A DNA stretch of 64,000 bases from Patescibacteria group bacterium (GCA_041649315.1 JBAZNJ010000002.1:851-64850), one strand, 5' to 3'; positions 54,728 to 63,482 are shown, counted from the stretch's first letter. Program-made: numbers and translations. Notes: generated by a model from the sequence alone, not told the origin.

Positions 54728-54815
54728 AAATTCTATTAAGATTATTATAAAAATAAACTTAAATATTCTTAGATAAATTTTGATAAGGTCTTTATAATCT
54801 TTATCAAATTTTTTT

Positions 54816-55079
54816 GTGTTAATGTCAAACGAGGCAGAAAAAACAAACGATAGCTCAGCGACTTTGAATGCCAAGGATTTTATTGAAATCCAAGGGGAGG
54901 TCTTAGAGCTTATGCCCGCGGCTAGCTTTAAAGTGGCTTTAGAAAACGGTCATGAAATATTAGCCCATTTATCCGGTAAAATGCGGATGAATAAAATTCG
55001 GCTTTTGCCGGGCGATAAAGTTAAATTACAAATTAGCCCTTATGATTTAACTAAGGGGCGGATAGTTTACCGCATGTAA
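54816..55079 (+). CDS. infA: Translation initiation factor IF-1
   Basis: ...[64 protein letters not shown]. Start is GTG 54816 or ATG 54822. There is a short N-terminal extension. Confidence 0.92.
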   Translation: MLMSNEAEKTNDSSATLNAKDFIEIQGEVLELMPAASFKVALENGHEILAHLSGKMRMNKIRLLPGDKVKLQISPYDLTKGRIVYRM

Positions 55080-55086
55080 TAATAAT

Positions 55087-55200
55087 ATGAAAGTACGAAC
55101 CAGCGTTAAGAAAATTTGTAAAGATTGTAAAGTGATCCGCCGGGAAGGCCGGGTTCATGTTTTATGTAAAAACCCTAAGCATAAGCAAAGACAGGGGTAA
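55087..55200 (+). CDS. rpmJ: Ribosomal protein L36
   Basis: Below the ORF-track size cutoff. My translation is [37 protein letters not shown] (37 aa). Confidence 0.92.
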   Translation: MKVRTSVKKICKDCKVIRREGRVHVLCKNPKHKQRQG

Positions 55201-55219
55201 TTTAGTTATAACTTATTTT

Positions 55220-55615
55220 ATGGCTTTAAGAATTGCGGGAGTAACTCTTCCGAATGAAAAAAGAATAGAAATCGCTTTAACCTATATTTACGGTGTCGGC
55301 CGGATGCGGGCGAATAAGATTTTGGCGGAAGCGAAAATCAATCCGGATACGCGGGTTAATGATTTGCCGGAAGCGACGGCTAATTCTTTGCGTGAAATCG
55401 TGGAAAAAAAATATACGGTTGAGGGCGATTTGCGCCGCGAAGTCCAGAGTAATATTAAACGTTTGAAGGAAATTGGTTGTTATCGCGGTTTGCGCCATGC
55501 GCGTCATTTACCGGTGCGCGGCCAGCGGACTAAAACCAATAGCCGGACTGTCCGAGGTAATAAGCGGGTAACGATGGGCAGTGGCAAGAGCAAGGCCGGC
55601 CTGCAGAAGACCTAA
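55220..55615 (+). CDS. rpsM: Ribosomal protein S13
   Basis: [27 protein letters not shown].... The ATG at 55220 is used because the track start at 55157 would overlap rpmJ. Confidence 0.95.
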   Translation: MALRIAGVTLPNEKRIEIALTYIYGVGRMRANKILAEAKINPDTRVNDLPEATANSLREIVEKKYTVEGDLRREVQSNIKRLKEIGCYRGLRHARHLPVRGQRTKTNSRTVRGNKRVTMGSGKSKAGLQKT

Positions 55616-55658
55616 AATTCTTTTAAGATTCTAGCCAAGACCTAATTTTATAATAAAT

Positions 55659-56231
55659 ATGTCCGAAGAAGTTAAAAAGGAAGAAAAAAAATCGGTTGCG
55701 CCAGAGGAAATAAAACCGAAAGAAATAAAAGAAGAAAAAGAGGAAAAAGATTCCGGTGATTTTTCTTTTGATTCCGGCGCGGAAGAACTACCGGAAGAAA
55801 TAAAACAAAAATTAGAAAAAAATAAGCAGGCCAGAGCGAAAAAAAAGCTGATTAAGAAAAAGAAAAAGAAAGTCGCTAGAGTCGTGAGATCCGGTCGCGC
55901 CTATATCCAGGCGACTTATAATAATACGATTATTACTTTAACTGACGGAAATGGCGATGTTATTTCTTGGGCGAGTGCCGGTTTAGCCGGATTCAAGGGG
56001 GCGAAAAAGGCTACACCTTACGCTGCACAGATTATTGCTAAGATCGCGGTCCAGAAAGCTCGGGAGGAATATGGCTTAGAAGAAGTTAATGTCTTTGTTT
56101 CCGGAGTCGGAACCGGCCGGGAAGCGGCGATTCGAGCTTTGAACGCTAATAATATTAATGTTTTATCGATTAAGGATACGACTTCAGTGCCGCACAACGG
56201 CTGCCGGCCGAAGAAGCCGAGAAGAGTTTAA
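55659..56231 (+). CDS. rpsK: Ribosomal protein S11 with a ~60-aa K/E-rich N-terminal extension
   Basis: The C-terminal 125 aa are canonical S11 (…[16 protein letters not shown]…[15 protein letters not shown]). The N-terminus is [30 protein letters not shown].... Confidence 0.93.
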   Translation: MSEEVKKEEKKSVAPEEIKPKEIKEEKEEKDSGDFSFDSGAEELPEEIKQKLEKNKQARAKKKLIKKKKKKVARVVRSGRAYIQATYNNTIITLTDGNGDVISWASAGLAGFKGAKKATPYAAQIIAKIAVQKAREEYGLEEVNVFVSGVGTGREAAIRALNANNINVLSIKDTTSVPHNGCRPKKPRRV

Positions 56232-56242
56232 TTTTAAATACT

Positions 56243-56872
56243 ATGGGAAGAAATATTGATAATAAATGTAGAGAATGTCGGCGGGCCGGTGAGAAATTAT
56301 TTCTCAAAGGCGAGCGTTGTTATACGCCAAAATGTGCAATGGTTAAACGTAATACTCCTCCGGGTTTTCATGGCCAGAAGGGTCGCCGCCGTTTAAGTGA
56401 TTATGGTACGCAATTAGCGGAGAAACAGAAATTAAAAAGATTTTATGGCTTGTCGGAGAAGCAATTCCGCTTAACTTTTAATAAGGCGAACAAGAAGACC
56501 GGCGATGCCGGACAGAATTTTTTGCGGCTTTTGGAAATGCGCTTGGATAACGCGATTTATCGCCTCGGTTTCGCAACCTCCCGTGCTCAAGCTCGCCAGT
56601 TAGTTAACCATGGACATTTTACCATTAATAGCCGCAAGACCGATATCCCATCTTTTTCCGTTAAAGCTGGCCAGGTGATAAAGATCCGGAAAAACAGCGC
56701 GTCTAGTAATTATTTTAGAAATTTAGGCGAGCGTCTTAAAAAAGCAGATCGTCCGAGCTGGTTGGATTTTGATGCTGCGGCCTTAAGTGCGAAAATTCTC
56801 CATGAACCTAAAGAGGCCGATTTGCCACAGAATTTTAATATCCAGGTTATCATTGAATATTATTCAAAATAA
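56243..56872 (+). CDS. rpsD: Ribosomal protein S4
   Basis: ...CRECRRAGEKLFLKGERCYTPKC...YGLSEKQFR...RLDNAIYRLGFATSRAQARQLVNHGH. Confidence 0.95.
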   Translation: MGRNIDNKCRECRRAGEKLFLKGERCYTPKCAMVKRNTPPGFHGQKGRRRLSDYGTQLAEKQKLKRFYGLSEKQFRLTFNKANKKTGDAGQNFLRLLEMRLDNAIYRLGFATSRAQARQLVNHGHFTINSRKTDIPSFSVKAGQVIKIRKNSASSNYFRNLGERLKKADRPSWLDFDAAALSAKILHEPKEADLPQNFNIQVIIEYYSK

Positions 56873-56894
56873 AGGGTTTAACCCTAAAAATAAT

Positions 56895-57734
56895 ATGCAA
56901 AATATTGCTAATCCTAAAAAAATCGATTTTAAAGCAGGTAGCAATCCCTTGGAAGGAATCATTACCGTTGAGCCTTTGTTTCCGGGCTATGGTATGACCT
57001 TGGGTAATTCTTTGCGCCGGGTTTTATTGTCCTCTTTGCCGGGGGCGGCTGTTGTCGGCGTGAAGATAAAAGGTGCTAACCATGAATTCATGGCTTTGCC
57101 CCATGTTAAGGAAGATGTTCTGGAAATAATTTTAAATTTAAAGCAATTGCGTTTTAAAACTTTTACAGAAGAAGAAGTGCGTTTAGAGCTCAAGGTTAAA
57201 GGTAAGAAAATTGTTACGGCCGGTGATATCGCCAAGAATTCCAATGTGGAAATAAAGAATCCGGATTTGGTTATCGCACATATTACCGATGACGCCGGAT
57301 CTTTGGAAATAGAGATTATTGCGCGGGAAGGCCGGGGCTATAAGATGACGGATGGGAGCAAGAAAGAAAATCGGGAAATTGGCTATATTGAAATTGATTC
57401 CATTTTTTCTCCGGTAACTTTAGTGAGTGTTAATGTGGAAAATACCCGGGTCGGTAAGATGACTAACTGGGATAAATTAATTCTTGATATTAAGACCGAC
57501 GGCACGATTACCGCCGAAGAAGCTTTTACGGAAGCAGTAAAGATTTTAGTCAATCAGTTCAGCTCGCTTCTGACTTTAGAATCAGGCGAGGCAGAAGAAG
57601 CGGCTCGTGTTGAAGAATCAATGGATGAAAGCGGTGAAGAGGCTGAGGAAGCCGAGGAAGATAAAAAAGAAAAGAAAGAAGAAAAAAAAGAAAAGAAAGC
57701 TAAAAAAGAAAAAACCACCAAAGCTAAAAAATAA
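56895..57734 (+). CDS. rpoA: DNA-directed RNA polymerase alpha subunit: N-terminal domain only, with a charged low-complexity tail in place of the alpha-CTD
   Basis: 279 aa from the ATG at 56895. The NTD is colinear with E. coli alpha to ...AVKILVNQFSSL. It then reads ESGEAEEAARVEESMDESGEEAEEAEEDKKEKKEEKKEKKAKKEKTTKAKK and stops. Confidence 0.9.
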   Translation: MQNIANPKKIDFKAGSNPLEGIITVEPLFPGYGMTLGNSLRRVLLSSLPGAAVVGVKIKGANHEFMALPHVKEDVLEIILNLKQLRFKTFTEEEVRLELKVKGKKIVTAGDIAKNSNVEIKNPDLVIAHITDDAGSLEIEIIAREGRGYKMTDGSKKENREIGYIEIDSIFSPVTLVSVNVENTRVGKMTNWDKLILDIKTDGTITAEEAFTEAVKILVNQFSSLLTLESGEAEEAARVEESMDESGEEAEEAEEDKKEKKEEKKEKKAKKEKTTKAKK

Positions 57735-57737
57735 AAT

Positions 57738-58088
57738 ATGCGTCACAGAAACAAGAATAAAATTTTAGGTCGGAAAAAGGAGCCGCGCGAATTGATGTTG
57801 CGTAATCTGGCTTCCAGTATTTTATTATATGAAAAAGTAAAAACCACGAAAGCGAAAGCCGCCGCGGTTCGGCCTTTGGTAGAAAGGATGATTACGGCAG
57901 CCAAACTCGGGACTTTAAGTTCCCGCCGCGGCTTAGCCAAAGTTTTATTACAAAAAAATTCTGTTAAGAAAGCGATGGAAGTTTTAGGCGACCGCTATAA
58001 GAATCGGGCGGGCGGCTATACTCGAATTATAAAACTCGGAACACGCGCCGGCGACGGAGCGGATATGGTTCAGATTGAATTAGTTTAA
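57738..58088 (+). CDS. rplQ: Ribosomal protein L17
   Basis: MRHRNKNKILGRKKEPRELMLRNLASSIL...GGYTRIIKLGTRAGDGADMVQIELV. Confidence 0.93.
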   Translation: MRHRNKNKILGRKKEPRELMLRNLASSILLYEKVKTTKAKAAAVRPLVERMITAAKLGTLSSRRGLAKVLLQKNSVKKAMEVLGDRYKNRAGGYTRIIKLGTRAGDGADMVQIELV

Positions 58089-58128
58089 TTATTTAAGGGC
58101 TGGATATAATTTTCCGCTCTCGTAAGAT

Positions 58129-58485
58129 ATGAAAAAAATTGACAGAAAAATCCATAAAATCGACGCCACCGGAGAAGCGGTCGGCCGTTTAGCGACTAAG
58201 ATCGCGGGAATTTTGCGCGGCAAAGATCAGCCGGAATTCGAGCCTCATTCAGACATGGGCGGAGTCGTTGAAGTTTTTAACATTTCAAAATTAAAATTTA
58301 CCGGTCGAAAATTAGAACAGAAACAATATCATCATCATTCCGGTTATCTCGGCGGTTTAAAGAGTAAAAAAATGGGCGAGATTTATGCCTCTGATCCGGG
58401 AAATGTTTTGTGGCGCGCGGTTCGTGATATGTTGCCGCCAATAAAAACTCGTTCGGCAATGCTCAAAAGATTAATCATTAAATAA
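58129..58485 (+). CDS. rplM: Ribosomal protein L13 (short form)
   Basis: ...IDATGEAVGRLATKIAGILRGKDQPEFEPHSDMGG...YHHHSGYLGGLK.... Confidence 0.9.
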   Translation: MKKIDRKIHKIDATGEAVGRLATKIAGILRGKDQPEFEPHSDMGGVVEVFNISKLKFTGRKLEQKQYHHHSGYLGGLKSKKMGEIYASDPGNVLWRAVRDMLPPIKTRSAMLKRLIIK

Positions 58486-58486
58486 T

Positions 58487-59083
58487 ATGGCAGAAAAAAA
58501 AGTAAAAGCTGTTAAGGATAAAGCCGTTAAAGATAAAGAAAAAAAAGCGGTTAAAGCCCCGAAAGCGGCCAAAGAAACTAAAGAAATTAAGACGCCTAAA
58601 AAGGATAAGGCCGAGGAGGCGGTTAAAGAAGAAATCAAAAATCAGATAGAAGAAGAGGTTAATGTTCCGTCTAACGGAGAAATTACTGAATTTTCCGGAA
58701 AATATATTAAGGCTATCGGCCGCCGAAAACGAGCGATTGCGAAAGTTCGTTTATATGAAGACGGAAAGGGAATCGTGATGATTAATGGTTTGCGGGCGAG
58801 CCAGTATTTTCCGGGTGAAGGCGCTAATATAATCACCCAGCCCTTGAAAGTCACCGGTCATAATCGTGATTTTAATTTTTCCGTTCTAACTAATGGCGGC
58901 GGAAAAATTGGTCAGATTGACGCGGTTCGTTTAGGCATCAGCCGGGCGATTTTAGCTTTTGATCCGGCAACGAAAGAAGCTTTGAAAGTCAATGGATTCT
59001 TAGCGCGTGATGAACGTAAGGTTGAACGGAAGAAGCCGGGTTTGCGCAAAGCGCGCAAGGCGCCGCAATGGAGCAAACGGTAA
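58487..59083 (+). CDS. rpsI: Ribosomal protein S9 with a ~65-aa K-rich N-terminal extension
   Basis: Canonical C-terminus ...GGGKIGQIDAVRLGISRAIL...LARDERKVERKKPGLRKARKAPQWSKR. The N-terminus MAEKKVKAVKDKAVKDKEKKAVKAPKAAKE... includes a 15-nt tandem repeat. Confidence 0.92.
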   Translation: MAEKKVKAVKDKAVKDKEKKAVKAPKAAKETKEIKTPKKDKAEEAVKEEIKNQIEEEVNVPSNGEITEFSGKYIKAIGRRKRAIAKVRLYEDGKGIVMINGLRASQYFPGEGANIITQPLKVTGHNRDFNFSVLTNGGGKIGQIDAVRLGISRAILAFDPATKEALKVNGFLARDERKVERKKPGLRKARKAPQWSKR

Positions 59084-59101
59084 AATATTTATGTTTAAAG
59101 A

Positions 59102-59128
59102 AAACGCTCGTTTATTCGAGCGTTTTTT
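59102..59128 (+). terminator. Intrinsic terminator after rplM-rpsI
   Basis: aaacgctcg (59102-59110) pairs with cgagcgttt (59117-59125), and the T-run continues to 59128. Confidence 0.75.
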
Positions 59129-59136
59129 GTTATAAT
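59128..59136 (+). promoter_or_regulatory. Extended -10 box (TGTTATAAT) placed 6 nt upstream of the prfB ATG
   Basis: tgttataat at 59128-59136, then taaacc, then ATG at 59143. A start 7 nt after the hexamer coincides with the A of the ATG. Confidence 0.45.
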
Positions 59137-59142
59137 TAAACC

Positions 59143-60261
59143 ATGGAAAATCTCTTAAAAAAACTTGAAGATTTGCGTCAGCGCTTTTTAAAGACCAAGG
59201 CGCTTTTGGATATTGAAGGAAAGGCCGGAGAAGAAAGGGAATTGCGCCGGCAAGCATCTGCGCCGGATTTCTGGTCGGATCGGGAGGCGGCGGTTCGAGT
59301 TAACCAGCGGACTGAAGAATTAGCTACGGAAATAAAGGAATGGGTAATAATGGAAAAAGAAATTCGGGAGACCGAAGAAATAGTCGCTTTAGTTCAGGCC
59401 GAAGATAAAGACGGCTTAGCCGAAGATGAAGTCGGTCTGGCCGAGGATTTGGAAAAAAAATATACGGAGCTAGAAAAGAAATTTTCCCGCTTGGAATTTC
59501 TGTCGCTTTTTTCCGAGAAATACGACCATGATAACGCTTTTTTGGCGATTCATGCCGGTACCGGCGGCGTTGACGCCCAGGATTGGGCGCAGATGCTGGA
59601 ACGGATGTATTTTCGTTTTGGCGAGCGGCAGGGTTGGAAGATGGACATTCTTGATAAGAATTACGGCAATGAAGCCGGAATTAAAAGTGCGGTTTTACGT
59701 GTTTCCGGACCCTGGGTTTATGGCTATTTAAAAAGTGAAAACGGCGTTCATCGCTTACTGCGGAATTCGCCTTTTAATGCCGACGGCTTGAGGCAAACTT
59801 CGTTCGCTTTAGTTGAAGTTATTCCGGAAATAAAGGATGACGGAACAATCGTGATCAAGGACGATGATTTGCGGATTGATGTTTTTCGTTCTTCCGGTCC
59901 GGGCGGCCAAAGCGTTAACACGACCGATTCGGCTGTGCGCATTGTTCATATTCCGAGCGGCATCACAGTCGCTTGCCAGACCGAACGTTCTCAACATCAG
60001 AATAAGGAAAACGCCATGAAACTTTTAAAAACAAAATTATATCAGCGGGCGCTGGAAGAAAAAGAAGAGGAAGAGAGGAAGCTTAAAGGTGAGACGCAGA
60101 AAGCGGAATGGGGTAAGCAGATCCGGTCATATTTTCTCTATGGCAACCGCTTAGTCAAGGATCATCGGAGCGATTACGAGACTTCTAATGTTGACGCGGT
60201 TTTGGACGGCGATTTAGAGCCCTTTATGGAGGCTTATTTGAGATGGCGGAAAAAGAACTAA
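59143..60261 (+). CDS. prfB: Peptide chain release factor 2 (uninterrupted, no programmed frameshift site)
   Basis: SPF tripeptide (RNSPFNADG) and GGQ (SSGPGGQSVNTTDSAVRIVHIPSG). The 372-aa reading frame is continuous from its ATG. Confidence 0.93.
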   Translation: MENLLKKLEDLRQRFLKTKALLDIEGKAGEERELRRQASAPDFWSDREAAVRVNQRTEELATEIKEWVIMEKEIRETEEIVALVQAEDKDGLAEDEVGLAEDLEKKYTELEKKFSRLEFLSLFSEKYDHDNAFLAIHAGTGGVDAQDWAQMLERMYFRFGERQGWKMDILDKNYGNEAGIKSAVLRVSGPWVYGYLKSENGVHRLLRNSPFNADGLRQTSFALVEVIPEIKDDGTIVIKDDDLRIDVFRSSGPGGQSVNTTDSAVRIVHIPSGITVACQTERSQHQNKENAMKLLKTKLYQRALEEKEEEERKLKGETQKAEWGKQIRSYFLYGNRLVKDHRSDYETSNVDAVLDGDLEPFMEAYLRWRKKN

Positions 60262-60298
60262 ATTTCTTTATCTTTTCTTCATCACGAATATTCTAAAA

Positions 60299-60327
60299 TA
60301 CCCTTATAAATTTAAGGGTATTTTTTT
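60299..60327 (+). terminator. Intrinsic terminator after prfB, abutting the comEC start codon
   Basis: taccctta (60299-60306) pairs with taagggta (60313-60320), followed by ttttttt (60321-60327) and then ATG at 60328. Confidence 0.75.
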
Positions 60328-61800
60328 ATGGCTCATAAAAATCGTCGTCGATATTCGTCTGCAAAAATATTTTTATTTTTTAATTTAACGATTATTGGAT
60401 TAGTTTTTTTGCTTGGTTTTCGACCGAACGCTTTCCGTCCGGAATTTTCTGTTGCGGATTTGGCTAATTTTAATGAACAGACAGTTAAATTCCGCGCTTG
60501 GGTTTGCGCTGAAGCCGATCTTAATTATAAGGCCAGGCGTTTAACGGTTTGTGCCCTGGAGATATTGAATAAGATCGGAGAGCAAACAATAAGCAGCCCG
60601 ATTTCCGGCCGGGTTTTAATTTCCGCGAAACTATATACGGCCTATGATTACGGAGATTTTTTAGAAGTGAGCGGTCGGCTCCAGGCGCCGCCGGAAATAG
60701 AGGATTTTGATTACGACCGTTATTTGGCGCGCTATGATATTTATTCCGTGATGTATTATGCGAAGTTGTCGCCGCTTGCCGGAAATTTAAGTGGCCGCCA
60801 GAAAGCTTATCGGCGTTTATTAAAGTTTAAACAGGGTTTAGCTGAACGCCTTAATGCTAATTTACCTGAACCTGAGGCCGGCTTGGCGCGGGCGATGTTG
60901 CTCGGTTATCGGCGACAGATACTTCCGGAGGATTTAGATCTTTTTTCCCGGGTCGGTTTAAGCCATATGATTGCGATTTCCGGCCTTCATATTACGATTT
61001 TAAGCGCGATGGTAATAAATTTATGGTTGGCACTCGGTTTGGCCCGCCGCCGGGCATTGTTTTTGGTTTTAGTTTTTTTGTTTTCCTATCCGCTCTTAAC
61101 CGGTTTATCAGCTTCGGCGATTCGGGCGGCGATCATGGGCGGGCTGGCCTTTTTAGCCGCTTATTACGGCCGGGCCGCTTCTTCGGTTAACGCCCTGGTT
61201 TTCGCCGCCGCCGTAATGCTTGTTTTTAATCCCCGTCTCTTGCGCGCCGATATTGGTTTTCAATTATCATTTCTGGCGATTCTGGGAATAATTTATATTT
61301 ATCCGCTCGGCGAAACTTGGAGCCGGCGTTTTTTAGAGAGACAAAAACTAAAATCCGGCTGGCGAAAATTTTTTCAGGCGCTTTTAGATATCTTTAGTTT
61401 AACCATGACTTCCCAGATTATTACCCTGCCGATCTTATTGATAAATTTCCGGCAGTTTTCTTTAATCGCGCCTTTGGCTAACCTTTTAGTCATCTGGGCC
61501 TTGCCGCCGCTTTTAGCCGTCTTAGTTGGCGGGCTGGCTTTAACAGCCTTTATTCCGGCTGCCGGGATTCTTTGGTTTTTTCCGGCTTATTGCCTGCTTA
61601 AATTTATTTTTATGTCCGCTGAATTATTGGCCGCGCCGCCTTGGGCCGCAATCGCGGTTGAAAATTTTAATTGGTTCTGGGGTGTAGTTTATTATTTTAT
61701 TTTGATTATCGTTGTTAGGAAATTAAAGCGACGGATGCGGAGGGGTAGCGGTATATTAATTAGTATGGCGGAGAAGAATAAAATAAAATTAAAAAATTAA
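60328..61800 (+). CDS. comEC: ComEC/Rec2-family DNA internalisation channel (OB/DUF4131 and competence domains, no metallo-beta-lactamase domain)
   Basis: 490 aa. ...LLGYRRQILPEDLDLFSRVGLSHMIAISGLHITIL... plus about 10 TM segments. Ends without the C-terminal MBL nuclease domain. Confidence 0.85.
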   Translation: MAHKNRRRYSSAKIFLFFNLTIIGLVFLLGFRPNAFRPEFSVADLANFNEQTVKFRAWVCAEADLNYKARRLTVCALEILNKIGEQTISSPISGRVLISAKLYTAYDYGDFLEVSGRLQAPPEIEDFDYDRYLARYDIYSVMYYAKLSPLAGNLSGRQKAYRRLLKFKQGLAERLNANLPEPEAGLARAMLLGYRRQILPEDLDLFSRVGLSHMIAISGLHITILSAMVINLWLALGLARRRALFLVLVFLFSYPLLTGLSASAIRAAIMGGLAFLAAYYGRAASSVNALVFAAAVMLVFNPRLLRADIGFQLSFLAILGIIYIYPLGETWSRRFLERQKLKSGWRKFFQALLDIFSLTMTSQIITLPILLINFRQFSLIAPLANLLVIWALPPLLAVLVGGLALTAFIPAAGILWFFPAYCLLKFIFMSAELLAAPPWAAIAVENFNWFWGVVYYFILIIVVRKLKRRMRRGSGILISMAEKNKIKLKN

Positions 61801-61867
61801 AGCGAAAAAATAAAAATAAAGCGATATTGGATTTAAGAAATTAAAACAGAAAATAATTTAATCAAAT

Positions 61868-61893
61868 TTGACAAAAAATGAGTTTGTTATAAT
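61868..61893 (+). promoter_or_regulatory. Promoter candidate: TTGACA plus extended -10 TGTTATAAT (short 14-nt spacer)
   Basis: ttgaca at 61868-61873 and tgttataat at 61885-61893. Confidence 0.45.
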
Positions 61894-61942
61894 ATAGGGT
61901 TAAGATTCAAATATGTTTTACTTTAAAAATTTGGAGGGAATT

Positions 61943-62395
61943 ATGTCAAAAAAAAACTCAAGTAAACAGAAACAAGAAATAAAATTTGTTATTGGCTTCC
62001 CGAGGCGGCCGGAATTGGATGAGGTTTTAGAAAAGTTAAGAAAAAGTGGATCAGGCACAGAGGCTTATCGGGTCTTAGGTCAAGATGCTTTTAATTTTAT
62101 TTTAGCTGAAATTTTACCAAAGCTGAATAAATTAAAAGATACCATAGAACTTTATTATCTCCGTTTGCGCTGTAACGGTCATCCGGATATAATTACGGCC
62201 TGCGAACAAAAGTTAGTAGTAATAATAAGAAAAAATTCTACTTTATTGTCTGGGCAGTCGGCTTATTTGAAAAAGTTCCCGTGGTATAATTATATTTCCG
62301 CGGGCTTTACGATTTTTTCTGAAGAAATAATGCGGGAGTTAAAGCGAAATTTAAATTTTGAAAAAGTTTCCGCAAATCAATTATTGGCCGTCTAA
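61943..62395 (+). CDS. Hypothetical protein (orphan)
   Basis: The ATG at 61943 is preferred: it has GGAGGG (61933-61938) 4 nt upstream, and the predicted promoter would start transcription near 61900. Low GC and no recognisable domain. Confidence 0.4.
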   Translation: MSKKNSSKQKQEIKFVIGFPRRPELDEVLEKLRKSGSGTEAYRVLGQDAFNFILAEILPKLNKLKDTIELYYLRLRCNGHPDIITACEQKLVVIIRKNSTLLSGQSAYLKKFPWYNYISAGFTIFSEEIMRELKRNLNFEKVSANQLLAV

Positions 62396-62470
62396 GAAAA
62401 GCTGTCTGAAGTAAAATGTTTTGGTAAGTAGTTTACTAAAACTCAGTCGACCCCATTCAGACAAAAAACA

Positions 62471-62502
62471 AAAAACCGCCTTGATTACTCAGGCGGTTTT
62501 TA
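62471..62502. terminator. Bidirectional intrinsic terminator between the orphan gene (+) and rpmB (-)
   Basis: aaaaaccgcc (62471-62480) pairs with ggcggttttt (62492-62501) around an 11-nt loop. Confidence 0.8.
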
Positions 62503-62524
62503 ATATCTTGAAAGATTTTTTTCA

Positions 62525-62755
62525 CTATTTTTTCTCAGCTTTCTTTTCAGTTTTCAGCGCCGGTTTTCGTTTTGCCTTAACCCGTTTCGGCTTAACTAAA
62601 GTCCGAGCGCAAGAAGTACAGATTCGCGCCTTAATGCCGTCAACGGTTTTCGTCTGGAGATTGATGTTTTGTCTTTTTAGGGTTTTTATTTTCGAATGAG
62701 AGCGGGAAGCGCCTTTAGTTGCGCCACGGCCGCAGATATCGCATTTTTTTGCCAT
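62525..62755 (-). CDS. rpmB: Ribosomal protein L28 with a K-rich C-terminal extension
   Basis: MAKKCDICGRGATKGASRSHSKIKTLKRQNINLQ..., followed by the tail ...KPKRVKAKRKPALKTEKKAEKK. Confidence 0.88.
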   Translation of the reverse strand: MAKKCDICGRGATKGASRSHSKIKTLKRQNINLQTKTVDGIKARICTSCARTLVKPKRVKAKRKPALKTEKKAEKK

Positions 62756-62882
62756 ATAGTTTTAAATTCTGATTTCCGTTTAAGCTGCCGCGAAGGGGAG
62801 CACCGCGGAAAAATAATCAATAATAATGCTTTTAGGTTAGCAAGATTTTAAAAAATAATCAAGATGTGCTAAGATAATCTAT

Positions 62883-63482
62883 ATGATTGGAGTTTTTCAA
62901 GTAATTGTTTTAGTTTTTTCTGCCATTGCCCATGAATATATGCATGGCTGGATGGCTTATCGTTTAGGCGATCCGACCGCGAAAAATGCCGGTCGGCTCA
63001 CTCTAAATCCTTTAGCGCACTTGGAATGGTTCGGGTCTTTTTTTATGCCTTTAATCATGATTTTAACCAATATGCCTTTTGTTTTCGGCTGGGCGAAACC
63101 GGTGCCATATAATCCTTATAATCTCCGCGACCGGAAATATGGCGACGCTAAAGTTGCTTTAGCCGGCCCCTTGGCTAATCTGGCAATTGCTGTGGTTTTC
63201 GGTTTGATTTTGCGTTTTTTGCCGATTTTTTCTCTGACTTTTTCAGGATTATTAAGCATTATCGTCTATATCAACTTGATTTTAATGGTTTTTAACTTAG
63301 TGCCGATCCCGCCGCTTGACGGCTCGAAAATATTAGCAACTTTTTTGCCGCCGGAGGCACGAGCCCGTTATCTCGGTAGTGAGCGGACCGGGTTTATTTT
63401 AATAATCCTTTTTGTGATGCTGGCCGGAAGTTTAATCATGCCGATTGTTAACGGATTATTTAGGCTGATTGTAGGGGCTTAG
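62883..63482 (+). CDS. Site-2 protease family (M50) membrane metalloprotease, small SpoIVFB-like form
   Basis: HEYMHG zinc motif in TM1, with NLVPIPPLDGSK downstream. Confidence 0.8.
   Translation: MIGVFQVIVLVFSAIAHEYMHGWMAYRLGDPTAKNAGRLTLNPLAHLEWFGSFFMPLIMILTNMPFVFGWAKPVPYNPYNLRDRKYGDAKVALAGPLANLAIAVVFGLILRFLPIFSLTFSGLLSIIVYINLILMVFNLVPIPPLDGSKILATFLPPEARARYLGSERTGFILIILFVMLAGSLIMPIVNGLFRLIVGA

Noticed and set aside
54728-54815. Possible attenuator hairpin (tttgataa...ttatcaaa followed by a T-run) in the infA leader
   Set aside because: The stem is entirely A/T with a 12-nt loop. Such pairings are expected by chance in sequence this AT-rich, so I do not report it as a feature.
55157-56894. 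Long N-terminal extensions of rpsM (start 55157) and rpoA (start 56787) in the ORF track
   Set aside because: They would overlap rpmJ and the end of rpsD respectively. Internal ATGs at 55220 and 56895 give canonical N-termini (MALRIAGV..., MQNIANPK...).
59143-60261. Programmed +1 frameshift site in prfB
   Set aside because: I looked for an early in-frame TGA with a CTT TGA context. The RF2 reading frame is continuous from its ATG, so this prfB is of the non-frameshifted type.
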